Source: a virus
Length of the DNA stretch: 64,000 nt
Strand: one strand, 5' to 3'
IMG/VR virus record: IMGVR_UViG_3300043436_003324
Shown here: piece by piece, positions 46,275 through 55,837 of the stretch
How positions within the stretch are numbered: position 1 is the stretch's first letter
How the letters are laid out: the number at the start of each line of letters is the position of its first letter
Notes under the pieces: generated by a model
Seen by the model: only the letters and a program-made list of their open reading frames with translations
Told to the model about the DNA's origin: nothing
The model's database searches: none
Made by a program: the position numbers and the translations under genes

Positions 46275-48038
46275 TTAACGACGTTTGTTTATTAAAGATA
46301 AAATTTCTTCCACAACATCCCCTACGTTTTCCGATATCTCATCTCCCATCACAGTACTAATAATTTTTTTCTTATGATTTAAAATATCATAAACCGCACC
46401 CTCTATTGTATTTTCAAATAACGGGTAGTAGACTAATACATTATTTTTTTGACCGTATCTATATGCCCTATCTTCCGCTTGAGCGTGTTCCGCAGGTACA
46501 AAAGATAAGTCATTCATTATTACCGCCTCGGCTGAAGTCAAAGTTAACCCAACCCCCGCGGCCTTTAAGTTCCCAACAAATACGGTTATTTTTTCATTGT
46601 CTTGAAATTGGTCAACCGCAAATTGTCTTTGGACTTTGTTACAACTACCATCAAGATAAACCGCTTGTTTACCAAAATGTTGATATATTGTTTGTAGAGT
46701 GTCGGTAAAGTTTGTGAATATAATAACTTTTTTTCCCTGATCAATAATGTTTTCCACAAATTCTATAGTTTGTTTTACTTTTTCGTTTGAGATCACTTTT
46801 CTGACTTTCATTAATTTAGAAAACTGAACAGTTAATGAAGAAGACTCATTTGAGTTTTTATCAAACCATTCATAATATTCTCCCATTAAATCTTCATATT
46901 CTTTTGATTTTAATCTTAAATAAACAGGAGTAATAATTTTATCAGGTAAGTCTAACACTTCTTCCTTTAGTCTTCTTAAAATTTGTTTTGAGGTTCTATC
47001 CCTTAATTCCTCCAAATTGGATGCTCCCGTTACGTTCCAAACTTTTCTTTTTCCCGCAGTAAATTGGTATCCTTGACAATAACGAATAGCATAAGCCATC
47101 CAATTTTGTGCGACGGGACTTTCAATTATATTTAAAAGGTTATAGTAATTCATAGGTCTTGATGTCATCGGGGTTCCAGTTAACAACCAAACTCTTTTTA
47201 TAGTTTTAACGTAACTATTAATAATTTTAGTTCTTTGTGCTTGAGCGTTAGAAACCATATGTGCCTCATCTAAAATAACCAACTCAAATTCAGATTTAAA
47301 TAACAAAGAATTGTCCTTCTCCTTTGGATCGTGGAAATTTTTTAATATATCATAGTTTACAATTACAAAATCAGATTCAGTTGAAAACTTTTTTCCTTCC
47401 GCAATATAAACGGACCTGTCTGTATAATTTGCAATTTCTCTTTCCCAATTTATCTTAAGTGATGCGGGACAAATAATTAAAATCTTTTTTGCTCCCGTTT
47501 CTAATGCTGCGATAATAGTCGAGGTTGTTTTACCAAGTCCCATATCATCCGCTAATATAAACCTTCTTGATCCTGTTAATTTTTCAATAGCTTCTTTTTG
47601 ATGAGTTAATGGAGGCCTGTGGTCGTACTTTGAATAATCTATTGTTACCTCCTCAATAATGTGAGTTTTAATTAACGCCGATTTAGGAACCCAAAATTCA
47701 GATAAAGAATCAGTCTCAAAAAACTTACCCCATATATGGTAAGATTTTTCTTTCTCAACCAATAACTTCTCAACATATATTTTTTCAGGAACATTTAATA
47801 GGTATCGTTCTTCTGAAAACTTTTTTGCAAAGTAAGTATCTAAATCAACCCATTTCCTTGCTACCTTTGGTTTTACATTTTCATAATTAATTATGTAATC
47901 GGATTGAGACCTTGTTGGGTAGAATTTTTTATTAGTTTCTTTTTTTGTTTTAAGATACAATATATGGTTATTGGACCCACTATATGTATCCAAAATGTCC
48001 AAAGCTTGGTGTTCAATAATTTGTTTAATATTAGACAA
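46275..48038 (-). CDS. SNF2-family (SMARCAL1/HARP-like) helicase/annealing ATPase
   Basis: LADDMGLGKT, DEAH, LTGTP, LRRLKEEV, GVGLTLT, QAEDRAYRYGQ; TTG start. Confidence 0.9.
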   Translation of the reverse strand: MSNIKQIIEHQALDILDTYSGSNNHILYLKTKKETNKKFYPTRSQSDYIINYENVKPKVARKWVDLDTYFAKKFSEERYLLNVPEKIYVEKLLVEKEKSYHIWGKFFETDSLSEFWVPKSALIKTHIIEEVTIDYSKYDHRPPLTHQKEAIEKLTGSRRFILADDMGLGKTTSTIIAALETGAKKILIICPASLKINWEREIANYTDRSVYIAEGKKFSTESDFVIVNYDILKNFHDPKEKDNSLLFKSEFELVILDEAHMVSNAQAQRTKIINSYVKTIKRVWLLTGTPMTSRPMNYYNLLNIIESPVAQNWMAYAIRYCQGYQFTAGKRKVWNVTGASNLEELRDRTSKQILRRLKEEVLDLPDKIITPVYLRLKSKEYEDLMGEYYEWFDKNSNESSSLTVQFSKLMKVRKVISNEKVKQTIEFVENIIDQGKKVIIFTNFTDTLQTIYQHFGKQAVYLDGSCNKVQRQFAVDQFQDNEKITVFVGNLKAAGVGLTLTSAEAVIMNDLSFVPAEHAQAEDRAYRYGQKNNVLVYYPLFENTIEGAVYDILNHKKKIISTVMGDEISENVGDVVEEILSLINKRR

Positions 48039-48071
48039 AACTTTTTTTATAAAAAATAAACAAAAAAAAGA

Positions 48072-48078
48072 TATTTAT
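48072..48078 (+). promoter_or_regulatory. Putative late promoter TATTTAT
   Basis: GATATTTAT 15 nt before the ATG of the neck/tail operon. Confidence 0.55.
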
Positions 48079-48093
48079 CAATAAAAGATTTAA

Positions 48094-48606
48094 ATGGATA
48101 ATAAAATTCCAATAACAAGGTTAGGTAAATTTTTTGGGGAAAAGGATTTTTCTCTTGAAATTTCTATGGGACAAGAATGGTTATATGGAGATATGAACTA
48201 TACTTGTGTTTTATATCGTGTTGATAGAATCAAAACAAAAATTGATGATGTTTACGGTGAAACTACTTCGGATAGTATTAATTTTTTACCTCCCGTTGAG
48301 TTTAATGCTTATGTTGGAATCGCAGCCCCTGAAAACAAACTTATGGGGTCAACTAAAATTGATCAGTTTGAACCAGGTAATATTACAATATCTGTTTATT
48401 TAAAAACTTTAGAAGAATTAAATATTGATATTAGTTTTGGTGATTATATTGGGTATTACGATACTGAGAATTTTGTGAGATATTATACAGTTGCTAATGA
48501 TGGACGTGTAATTTCCGACATAAAACACACATATAAAGGATTTAAACCTTTTTATAGAACAATAATTGCATCACCAGTAACGTCTAATGAATTTAGAGGA
48601 TTATAA
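48094..48606 (+). CDS. Head-completion/neck protein (T4 gp14-like)
   Basis: LYRVD...DDVYGE pattern and position before terminator and sheath. Confidence 0.6.
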   Translation: MDNKIPITRLGKFFGEKDFSLEISMGQEWLYGDMNYTCVLYRVDRIKTKIDDVYGETTSDSINFLPPVEFNAYVGIAAPENKLMGSTKIDQFEPGNITISVYLKTLEELNIDISFGDYIGYYDTENFVRYYTVANDGRVISDIKHTYKGFKPFYRTIIASPVTSNEFRGL

Positions 48607-48615
48607 TAAAGAATT

Positions 48616-49647
48616 ATGGGATTACCAAAGAAAATAAAAAAACACATACCATTAGAATTTGGGGTTAGTCCTTTAGAAAGGAGACAACAACTTGCTGATA
48701 TGATTGGGGAACATGGTACTTTTTTACCTAAAGGTCTTTTACATGCGGATTTAGATAAAGGATTTTTAGAATTTGTTAAAGAAAACTTTTCAATAACAAT
48801 AGACGGTAAAAAAATATCTATGGTTGATATTTTAATAACAACCCAAAATTGGTCTCAGTTTACTGAAACTTGGAATTTTCAAAACATAGATAAAAATGCC
48901 GAACCTCCATTTGTAACTGTAGTAAGACAACCTGAAGTAAAGTTTGGGGACCCTCAAATAAAATATAACATTCCTAATAGAAGACTTTATCATTATGCTC
49001 AAGTACCAACATGGGACGGACAAAGACATGGTATGGATGTTTATAAAATACCACAACCAATTCCCGTACAAATAAATTATACTGTTATAATAATATGTAA
49101 CAGAATGAGGGAGATTAATGAATTTAATAAAGTGGTCATGCAAGTCTTTGCCTCAAGACAGGCATATCAAAAAATAAAAGGACACTATATTCCTATAATT
49201 ATGGGAGATGTTGCCGATGAATCGGTTTTGGATTTGGAGAAAAGAAAATACTATATTCAAAAATACCCAATGACGTTACAAGGGTTTCTTTTAGATGAGA
49301 ATGATTTTGTTGTGGAACCTGCGATTGTAAGAACAATGCAAGTTTATGAAACCGACACATCAATTAAAAAACGTAAACCTAAAAAAAATGATTTATTACC
49401 ACTTGATTTGACCTTTAACTATAAAGTGGGATCTGAATCATTTACGGATAAAATATTTTTTACAACGGATATGAAAGTTTCTAACACAGATAACGTTGAT
49501 TCGTATAGTATTTTTATTAATGGTGATTTTTATGGTAATAATATTACTGAGATACAAATCAATACGGGCGACATAATTAAAATTGATATTGTTAAGGACG
49601 ATATAACAAAGGATTCTAATTTAATTTTACAACAAAAGTTAATATAA
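48616..49647 (+). CDS. Tail terminator/sheath stabiliser (T4 gp15-like)
   Basis: PIPVQINYTVIIIC..MREINE pattern; synteny. Confidence 0.6.
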   Translation: MGLPKKIKKHIPLEFGVSPLERRQQLADMIGEHGTFLPKGLLHADLDKGFLEFVKENFSITIDGKKISMVDILITTQNWSQFTETWNFQNIDKNAEPPFVTVVRQPEVKFGDPQIKYNIPNRRLYHYAQVPTWDGQRHGMDVYKIPQPIPVQINYTVIIICNRMREINEFNKVVMQVFASRQAYQKIKGHYIPIIMGDVADESVLDLEKRKYYIQKYPMTLQGFLLDENDFVVEPAIVRTMQVYETDTSIKKRKPKKNDLLPLDLTFNYKVGSESFTDKIFFTTDMKVSNTDNVDSYSIFINGDFYGNNITEIQINTGDIIKIDIVKDDITKDSNLILQQKLI

Positions 49648-49809
49648 TTATTCTCCGTAAACGTCTTTCTTTTCCTTACATTTTTCTATAATTAGATTCT
49701 CTAAAAACCTATACATTTTAATACCTCTTTTGTCACAATATTTTTTTAAAATTTCGTGAGCATCCTTATCAATTTTTAAATTTTTTATTTTTTTTGGTTC
49801 TTTATCCAT
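49648..49809 (-). CDS. Ribbon-helix-helix DNA-binding protein (53 aa)
   Basis: KNLKIDKDAHEILKKYCDKRGIKMYRFLENLI strand-helix-helix pattern; start at 49809. Confidence 0.7.
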   Translation of the reverse strand: MDKEPKKIKNLKIDKDAHEILKKYCDKRGIKMYRFLENLIIEKCKEKKDVYGE

Positions 49810-49845
49810 AGGTAGAAAAAAGGCAGAAAAAAATCTTACCAAGAT

Positions 49846-49895
49846 ATAAATAGTTTGATATAAGTAAAGTTTTTGCGGAAAACACCGGTATTTAT
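49846..49895. promoter_or_regulatory. Divergent TATTTAT pair for the RHH gene (-) and the sheath gene (+)
   Basis: ATAAATA 49846-49852 and TATTTAT 49889-49895. Confidence 0.55.
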
Positions 49896-49934
49896 ATATA
49901 AAAATAAATTATAATAAATTAATATTAAAAAAAT

Positions 49935-52900
49935 ATGGCAACTAACAGTAAAATTTTCGTTTCACCTGGTGTCTATACTTCAGAAGTAGATTTAAGTTTT
50001 GTGGCACAGAGTGTTGGTGTTACAACTTTAGGGATTGTCGGAGAAACTTTAAAAGGTCCAGCATTTGAACCAATCTTTATAAAAAACTTTGACGAATTCC
50101 AATCCTACTTTGGTGGTACAACACCTGAAAAATTTGTTAATACACAAATTCCAAAATATGAGGCGGCTTATATCGCTAAATCCTACTTACAACAATCAAA
50201 TCAATTGTTTGTTACAAGAGTATTAGGTTTATCAGGATATGACGCAGGACCATCTTGGTCTATAATTACAAGTGCAAATTTAGATCCAGCAACATTAACA
50301 CCATATTGTTTAAGTGCAGTTACCCCTTCTGGTTCTTGTGAACCTGTTTGTGTATTGGCTAAAACAATTCCTTTCACAGTAACGTTTACGGGATGTTCAA
50401 ACAGTGCATCATCAGTTGAATTTGGTTTATTCCCTGATGAGATCGAAGATATTTTAACTAATCAATATGAACAATTTAATGGTAGTACCTCAACATTGTT
50501 AAACGATTTACAATTCTTCACATACCAAAGAATATTAAACCCACCTTCAGAAAATACGTCTATTGCATATTTTGGTACAATTGACGGAGATGATTATGAT
50601 GTGTTATCAACAGGATATACCGCATCTACAAACGTGTTTAATGTTCCATCACCATCAAGTTCATTAACTGATTTTACATCACCATTTAATGATCCTTGGT
50701 ATTATGCCTTATTTGAAAATACTGGAAATGGTTTATACACAGGTTATTCTTTTTGGAATGTAATTACAGGTTTAACTTTAATTAACCCTATTACAACAAC
50801 AACAACGTCTCAACCTACACCAACCCCACCTCCAAATCCTTGTGTTACCCCTACACCTGTTGTACCAACAACTACAACTACAACAACTGTTTTAGATTGT
50901 TATTCAGGTACCGTTGTGGGTATGATTTATGTTTATAGTGGTAATTCATATACAGAATATGATGATATGGTTGTTGCGACTTTAAGATCAAGAGGTATTG
51001 CCGACTATAGTGATGATGTTAATCCAAGATTTGAAATAACAGGTTTAACAGATGTTAACATTGATTGTACAGGACAATATGATGACGTACTTAAAAATCC
51101 TTTTGCAAAATTCGTAATAAACGCAACAAATTACCTTGGTAATAATTTTAGTTTTGTAACTTCTTTCTCTAATTCAGATTCCGAATATATTTCTAAAGTG
51201 TTTGGAGGTAGTAATTTTGGTAAACCAAGAAACGTAGTTCCTTTATTTGTTGAGGAAAGATTCCAATCATTATTAAGATGGGCATACAATAAAGGTTATA
51301 TTAGAGGTTTAAAATGTGATTTAGTATCTTTACCTGAAGCACAAAGTGAAGACCCAACATCAATTGGATGGTATTTAGAAAAATATCAATCACCTGAAAG
51401 TCCATGGGTTGTTTCTGAATTAAGAGGTTCTAAAGTTTATAATCTATTTAAATTCTATACAATTTCTGATGGTAATAGTGCAAATACAGAAGTTAAAGTA
51501 TCAATATCTGATATCTCATTTGCAAATGAAACATTCACAGTTTTAGTTCGCGATTATTATGATACCGATTCTAACCCTGTTGTTGTTGAGAAATTTACCA
51601 ACTGTTCTATGAACCCAAATGAAAATAATTTTATCGCTAAAAAAATAGGTACGTTAGACGGTGAGTATGAATTAAAATCAAGATACGTAATGGTAGAAAT
51701 GAATGAGGATGCTCCTATTGATTCTTTACCTTGTGGTTTTGAGGGATACAATTTTAGAGAGTACTCAGGAGCAAGATCTCCATTCCCTATTATTAAAACA
51801 AAATATGATTTCCCTGGTGAATTAGTATTTAATCCTCCGTTTGGTACTCCATCAGGAACTGATGATGCAGGACTTTCTTCGGGAGATAATATTAGAAAAA
51901 CTTACTTAGGATTTTCTACAAGTGCAGATTATGGATACGATCCTAGTTTCTTTGAATACAAAGGAAAAAGAAACCCGTCCAACATATGTTTCGCCACTGA
52001 ATCTTCTCCTTGGTTATATAGAACAAGAGGTTTCCACATGGATAAAAACGCAAGTGGTATCACAATTGCAAATGTATTTGCAACAAGTGGAACTCCTAGG
52101 TTCTACGCAGGAGCGGCAGACTTTAGTAGTGAACCTACAGTTGAGACAAACCCATACTATAGATTATTCGCTCGTAAATTTACAGTATTAGTACAAGGTG
52201 GATTTGACGGTTGGGACATTTACAGAGAAAGAAGAACAAACGCCGACAAATACCAATTAGGTAGAACAGGTTACCTTAACGGAGCTTGTGCTACAACAAG
52301 ATATCCAAACGCAATTGGTTGGGGAGCGTTCAAACAAATCACTGTTGGTGATGGAACAAGAGAATACGCAAATACCGATTATTACGCATATTTGTTAGGA
52401 ATTAGAACATTTGCTAACCCTGAAGCGGTTAACATTAACGTATTCGTAACTCCTGGTATTGATTATGTAAATAATAGTGACCTTGTTGAAGACACTATTG
52501 ATATGGTTGAGAATGATAGAGCGGATTCATTGTACATTACAACAACACCTGATTACAATTTGTTATTACCAACAACAACAGGTATTGACGGATTAATTTA
52601 CCCACAAGAGGCAGTAGATAATCTTGACGGTACGGGAATCGACTCTAACTACACGGCCACTTATTACCCTTGGGTATTAACTCGTGATAGTGTAAATAAT
52701 ACTCAAATTTATTTACCACCAACCGCTGAAGTAACAAGAAACTTGGCGTTAACTGATAACATCGCGTTCCCTTGGTTCGCAGCGGCGGGTTACACTCGTG
52801 GTATTGTTAACTCAATTAAAGCACGTAAGAAGTTGACTCAAGAAGATAGAGATGTTTTATATCTTGGAAGAATTAACCCAATTGCAACTTTCTCAGATGT

Positions 52901-53264
52901 AGGTACGGTAATATGGGGTAACAAAACTTTACAAGTTAGACAATCAGCCCTTGATAGAATCAACGTTAGAAGATTGTTATTACAAGCACGTAAATTAATA
53001 TCTGCGGTTTCAGTTAGATTACTTTTCGATCAAAACGATGAAAAAGTAAGACAAGATTTCTTAAATGCGGTTAACCCTATTTTAGACGGAATCAGAAGAG
53101 ACAGAGGTCTTTACGACTTTAGAGTAACGGTTTCAAGTGACACTGCTGATTTAGATAGAAATCAAATGACAGGTAAAATTTACATCAAACCAACAAGATC
53201 GTTAGAGTTCATAGATATTACATTCTTTATAACACCAACGGGAGCTTCTTTCGAAGATGTTTGA
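49935..53264 (+). CDS. Contractile tail sheath protein (1109 aa, with large inserts)
   Basis: FVSPGVYTSEVD, G...KGPAFEP, FVTPG, YYPW, PPT..V, PWFAAAG..RG, INPI, WGNKTLQ, LDRINVRRL, IKPTRSLEFI. Confidence 0.95.
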   Translation: MATNSKIFVSPGVYTSEVDLSFVAQSVGVTTLGIVGETLKGPAFEPIFIKNFDEFQSYFGGTTPEKFVNTQIPKYEAAYIAKSYLQQSNQLFVTRVLGLSGYDAGPSWSIITSANLDPATLTPYCLSAVTPSGSCEPVCVLAKTIPFTVTFTGCSNSASSVEFGLFPDEIEDILTNQYEQFNGSTSTLLNDLQFFTYQRILNPPSENTSIAYFGTIDGDDYDVLSTGYTASTNVFNVPSPSSSLTDFTSPFNDPWYYALFENTGNGLYTGYSFWNVITGLTLINPITTTTTSQPTPTPPPNPCVTPTPVVPTTTTTTTVLDCYSGTVVGMIYVYSGNSYTEYDDMVVATLRSRGIADYSDDVNPRFEITGLTDVNIDCTGQYDDVLKNPFAKFVINATNYLGNNFSFVTSFSNSDSEYISKVFGGSNFGKPRNVVPLFVEERFQSLLRWAYNKGYIRGLKCDLVSLPEAQSEDPTSIGWYLEKYQSPESPWVVSELRGSKVYNLFKFYTISDGNSANTEVKVSISDISFANETFTVLVRDYYDTDSNPVVVEKFTNCSMNPNENNFIAKKIGTLDGEYELKSRYVMVEMNEDAPIDSLPCGFEGYNFREYSGARSPFPIIKTKYDFPGELVFNPPFGTPSGTDDAGLSSGDNIRKTYLGFSTSADYGYDPSFFEYKGKRNPSNICFATESSPWLYRTRGFHMDKNASGITIANVFATSGTPRFYAGAADFSSEPTVETNPYYRLFARKFTVLVQGGFDGWDIYRERRTNADKYQLGRTGYLNGACATTRYPNAIGWGAFKQITVGDGTREYANTDYYAYLLGIRTFANPEAVNINVFVTPGIDYVNNSDLVEDTIDMVENDRADSLYITTTPDYNLLLPTTTGIDGLIYPQEAVDNLDGTGIDSNYTATYYPWVLTRDSVNNTQIYLPPTAEVTRNLALTDNIAFPWFAAAGYTRGIVNSIKARKKLTQEDRDVLYLGRINPIATFSDVGTVIWGNKTLQVRQSALDRINVRRLLLQARKLISAVSVRLLFDQNDEKVRQDFLNAVNPILDGIRRDRGLYDFRVTVSSDTADLDRNQMTGKIYIKPTRSLEFIDITFFITPTGASFEDV

Positions 53265-53284
53265 TAAATAAAAAATCTAAATTT

Positions 53285-53313
53285 AAAAGAGGGGTAATTC
53301 CCTCTTTTTTTTT
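53285..53313 (+). terminator. Intrinsic terminator after sheath
   Basis: AAAAGAGGG-GTAATT-CCCTCTTTT plus T-run. Confidence 0.85.
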
Positions 53314-53337
53314 ATACATATGATATATTTATATGAT

Positions 53338-54240
53338 ATGAATTATTACAAATTTTTAGCAAAAAAAATATTAAAAGAAGTGGTTGATCAAAAATCAACA
53401 AATTATGCTTCTAAATATTATGCTTTTGATTGGGATGATAACCTCATGAAAATGCCAACTAAAATTTATTTTAAAGATGAGGACGGTAATGTTATAGGAA
53501 TGAATACGGAGGATTTTGCTGAGTATCGAACTTTAATAGGAAATCCTTTTGAGTATGAAGGACAAACTATAGTTGGTTATGATACAGACCCATTTAGAGA
53601 CTTTAGTGTTACGGGAGATAGAAAGTTTTTAGAAGACATCAAACAAGCACCAATAGCGTCTAAGGAAGTATGGAATGACTTTAAAGAGGCTATTAACAAT
53701 GGTTCTGTAATTGCAATTGTAACCGCTAGAGGACATTCACCGGCAGCACTTAAAAAGGCCGTTAAATATATTATAGAAAATAATATGTACGGTATTGAAA
53801 AAAGTGAGTTGGTTAGACATTTAAAGGAATACAGGAGACTTTCAGGATTAAAACAAATTGAAAATGAAAGTTGGTTAATAACTGATTACTTGGACAGATG
53901 TCAGTTCTCTCCCGTGTCTTACGGTAGTGGATCTGCGTCAAACCCAGAAGAGGCCAAATTTAATGAGTTATTAAAATTCTACAATAAAATGATGAGGTCG
54001 TCCAAAAAATTCCAAAAGGCTCAATTTGTAAATCACGTTAACACAGGTAAAGAGTCTATTGGAGGAGGTCTATTTAAATTCAATAAACCTTCATTTGGTT
54101 TTTCAGATGATGATGAAAGAAATGTACAATCAGTAAAGAAAAGATTTTCAGATATAGGTAATAAAGATTTAAATATATATTTAACTAAAGGAGGTGAAAA
54201 AAGATTATATGAGCACCGGTCTAGTAGAAGAATATTTTAA
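53338..54240 (+). CDS. HAD-superfamily phosphatase between sheath and tube
   Basis: AFDWDDN (motif I), IVTARG (II), FSDDDERN (IV); start 53338 lies downstream of TATTTAT 53326-53332. Confidence 0.75.
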   Translation: MNYYKFLAKKILKEVVDQKSTNYASKYYAFDWDDNLMKMPTKIYFKDEDGNVIGMNTEDFAEYRTLIGNPFEYEGQTIVGYDTDPFRDFSVTGDRKFLEDIKQAPIASKEVWNDFKEAINNGSVIAIVTARGHSPAALKKAVKYIIENNMYGIEKSELVRHLKEYRRLSGLKQIENESWLITDYLDRCQFSPVSYGSGSASNPEEAKFNELLKFYNKMMRSSKKFQKAQFVNHVNTGKESIGGGLFKFNKPSFGFSDDDERNVQSVKKRFSDIGNKDLNIYLTKGGEKRLYEHRSSRRIF

Positions 54241-54257
54241 AAAAAACTTGAAGTAAA

Positions 54258-54286
54258 TAGAAAAATTTTTTCTACCGTATATTTAT
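54258..54286 (+). promoter_or_regulatory. 8-bp palindrome plus TATTTAT late motif upstream of tail tube
   Basis: TAGAAAAA-T-TTTTTCTA 54258-54274; TATTTAT 54280-54286. Confidence 0.5.
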
Positions 54287-54326
54287 AATAAAAATAAAAA
54301 TAAACTTAAATTAAAAAATTGAAAAC

Positions 54327-54815
54327 ATGGCGGATCTTTTAATGAAAATGCCGATACCGTATGAACCAAAAAAACAGAACCGATTTATATTGAGGTTCCC
54401 TACTGATTTGGGTATCAATGAATGGTTCGTTCAAACTGCATCAAGACCAAAAATTACCATAACACCAAATACAATAAAATTCCTTAACACTGAAACATAT
54501 GTTGCAGGTTCGTTTAGCTGGGGGGATATTACTGTTAAGATGTTGGACCCAATTGGACCTTCATCAACCCAAGCGGTTATGGAATGGGTAAGATTGGTTG
54601 CGGAATCAGTGACTGGTCGTATGGGATATGCGGCAGGATATAAAAGAAATGTAGATTTAGAAATGTTAGATCCTACAGGGGTTGTAATTGAAAGATGGAT
54701 TCTAGTTAACGCTTTCCCGACAAGTGCCGATTTTGGTTCAGTTGGTTATGGTACTGACGGTCCTGTTGAAGTTTCAATGACCTTAAAGATGGATAGAGCA
54801 ATTCTTGTTTACTAA
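54327..54815 (+). CDS. Tail tube protein (T4 gp19-like)
   Basis: EPKKQNRF, RPKI, W.DI.V..LDPI, EW, LDPTG..IERW.L..AFP..ADFG. Confidence 0.9.
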   Translation: MADLLMKMPIPYEPKKQNRFILRFPTDLGINEWFVQTASRPKITITPNTIKFLNTETYVAGSFSWGDITVKMLDPIGPSSTQAVMEWVRLVAESVTGRMGYAAGYKRNVDLEMLDPTGVVIERWILVNAFPTSADFGSVGYGTDGPVEVSMTLKMDRAILVY

Positions 54816-54841
54816 AAAATCTTTTTACATATAAAATATTT

Positions 54842-54876
54842 AATCCATATTGTGTTGAACGGTATGGATTTTTATT
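54842..54876 (+). terminator. Intrinsic terminator after tube
   Basis: AATCCATATTGT/ACGGTATGGATT stem (G-U pairs) plus T-rich tail. Confidence 0.75.
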
Positions 54877-54918
54877 TACTATAAAACAAATGTAATTATT
54901 TTTATAATAAAAAAGTAT

Positions 54919-55674
54919 ATGGAAAATGAAATTTTATATGGACAGACTAATTTTAATTTACCTCACGATGTTGTTGAGTTACCGTCTAGAGGTTTATATT
55001 ATAAAAATAAAAAATCTGGGGTAAAAATTGGTTACTTAAACGCAACAGATGAGGACGTTTTAAGTTCGGGAGTAAAAAATAATAATTTATTAATAACTTT
55101 GTTAAGAAATAAATTATATGAACCTGAAATAAAACCTGAAGATCTTTTGGATGGAGACATTGAAGCAATTTTAATCTTCTTAAGAAATACGTCATTCGGT
55201 CCTGAGTACACAATAAATTTAATGGATCCCGCAACAGGAAAGATGTTCCAACACACTTTTATTATTGATGAGATTAATTTTAAAAAACCAAACACAACAC
55301 CAAACGAAGACGGTACTTTTACAACGACTTTACCAAGAACTGGAGCGACAGTTAAATTAAGACTTTTAACTTTGGGAGATAAGACTAAAATTACTGATAT
55401 GGAAACCAAATATCCTAAAGGTAGAGTTGCTCCATTAACAATATGGACACTACAAGAACAAATTGTTGAATTAAATGGTGAATCAGATAGAGGTAAAATA
55501 ATTGAGTTTGTTCAGAACATGCCAATTATGGATTCAAAATATATAAAAAGATTCATTTCACAAAATGAGCCAGGGTTAGATTTAACCTTAGAAGTAATAG
55601 CCCCGTCTGGAGAAAACGTATCGACCTCGATAACGTTTGGGGTTGACTTTTTTCGGCCTTTCTTTGACATATAA
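54919..55674 (+). CDS. Tail/baseplate assembly chaperone (T4 gp26-like)
   Basis: VELPSRG..Y, YLNATDEDVL, GD..AILIFLR...FG, D..YI, FGVDFF; sits between tube and tape measure. Confidence 0.7.
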   Translation: MENEILYGQTNFNLPHDVVELPSRGLYYKNKKSGVKIGYLNATDEDVLSSGVKNNNLLITLLRNKLYEPEIKPEDLLDGDIEAILIFLRNTSFGPEYTINLMDPATGKMFQHTFIIDEINFKKPNTTPNEDGTFTTTLPRTGATVKLRLLTLGDKTKITDMETKYPKGRVAPLTIWTLQEQIVELNGESDRGKIIEFVQNMPIMDSKYIKRFISQNEPGLDLTLEVIAPSGENVSTSITFGVDFFRPFFDI

Positions 55675-55810
55675 ACAATATCTATTAGATCAATATATCT
55701 TTTTAGCAAAATTTCTTAGAATGTCATATTCTGATTTTCTTAAAGTTCCTACGTATCAGAGAAATTATATTATAGATAAGGTTATTGAGATGAATAACCC
55801 AAAACAATAA
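55634..55810 (+). CDS. +1-frame continuation of the chaperone (gpT/gp51-like), absent from the ORF track
   Basis: Open frame ...FFGLSLTYKQYLLDQYIFLAKFLRMSYSDFLKVPTYQRNYIIDKVIEMNNPKQ overlaps the chaperone end at TTT-TTT-CGG. Confidence 0.65.
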   Translation, partial: RLGLTFFGLSLTYKQYLLDQYIFLAKFLRMSYSDFLKVPTYQRNYIIDKVIEMNNPKQ

Positions 55811-55837
55811 AATAGGTATTTATAAAATAAAAAGAAT

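Noticed and set aside
53320-53337. Longer ORF-track starts (53320, also 18278, 34714, 49842)
   Set aside because: Extensions overlap promoter motifs or neighbouring genes; downstream ATGs with A-rich leaders are more plausible
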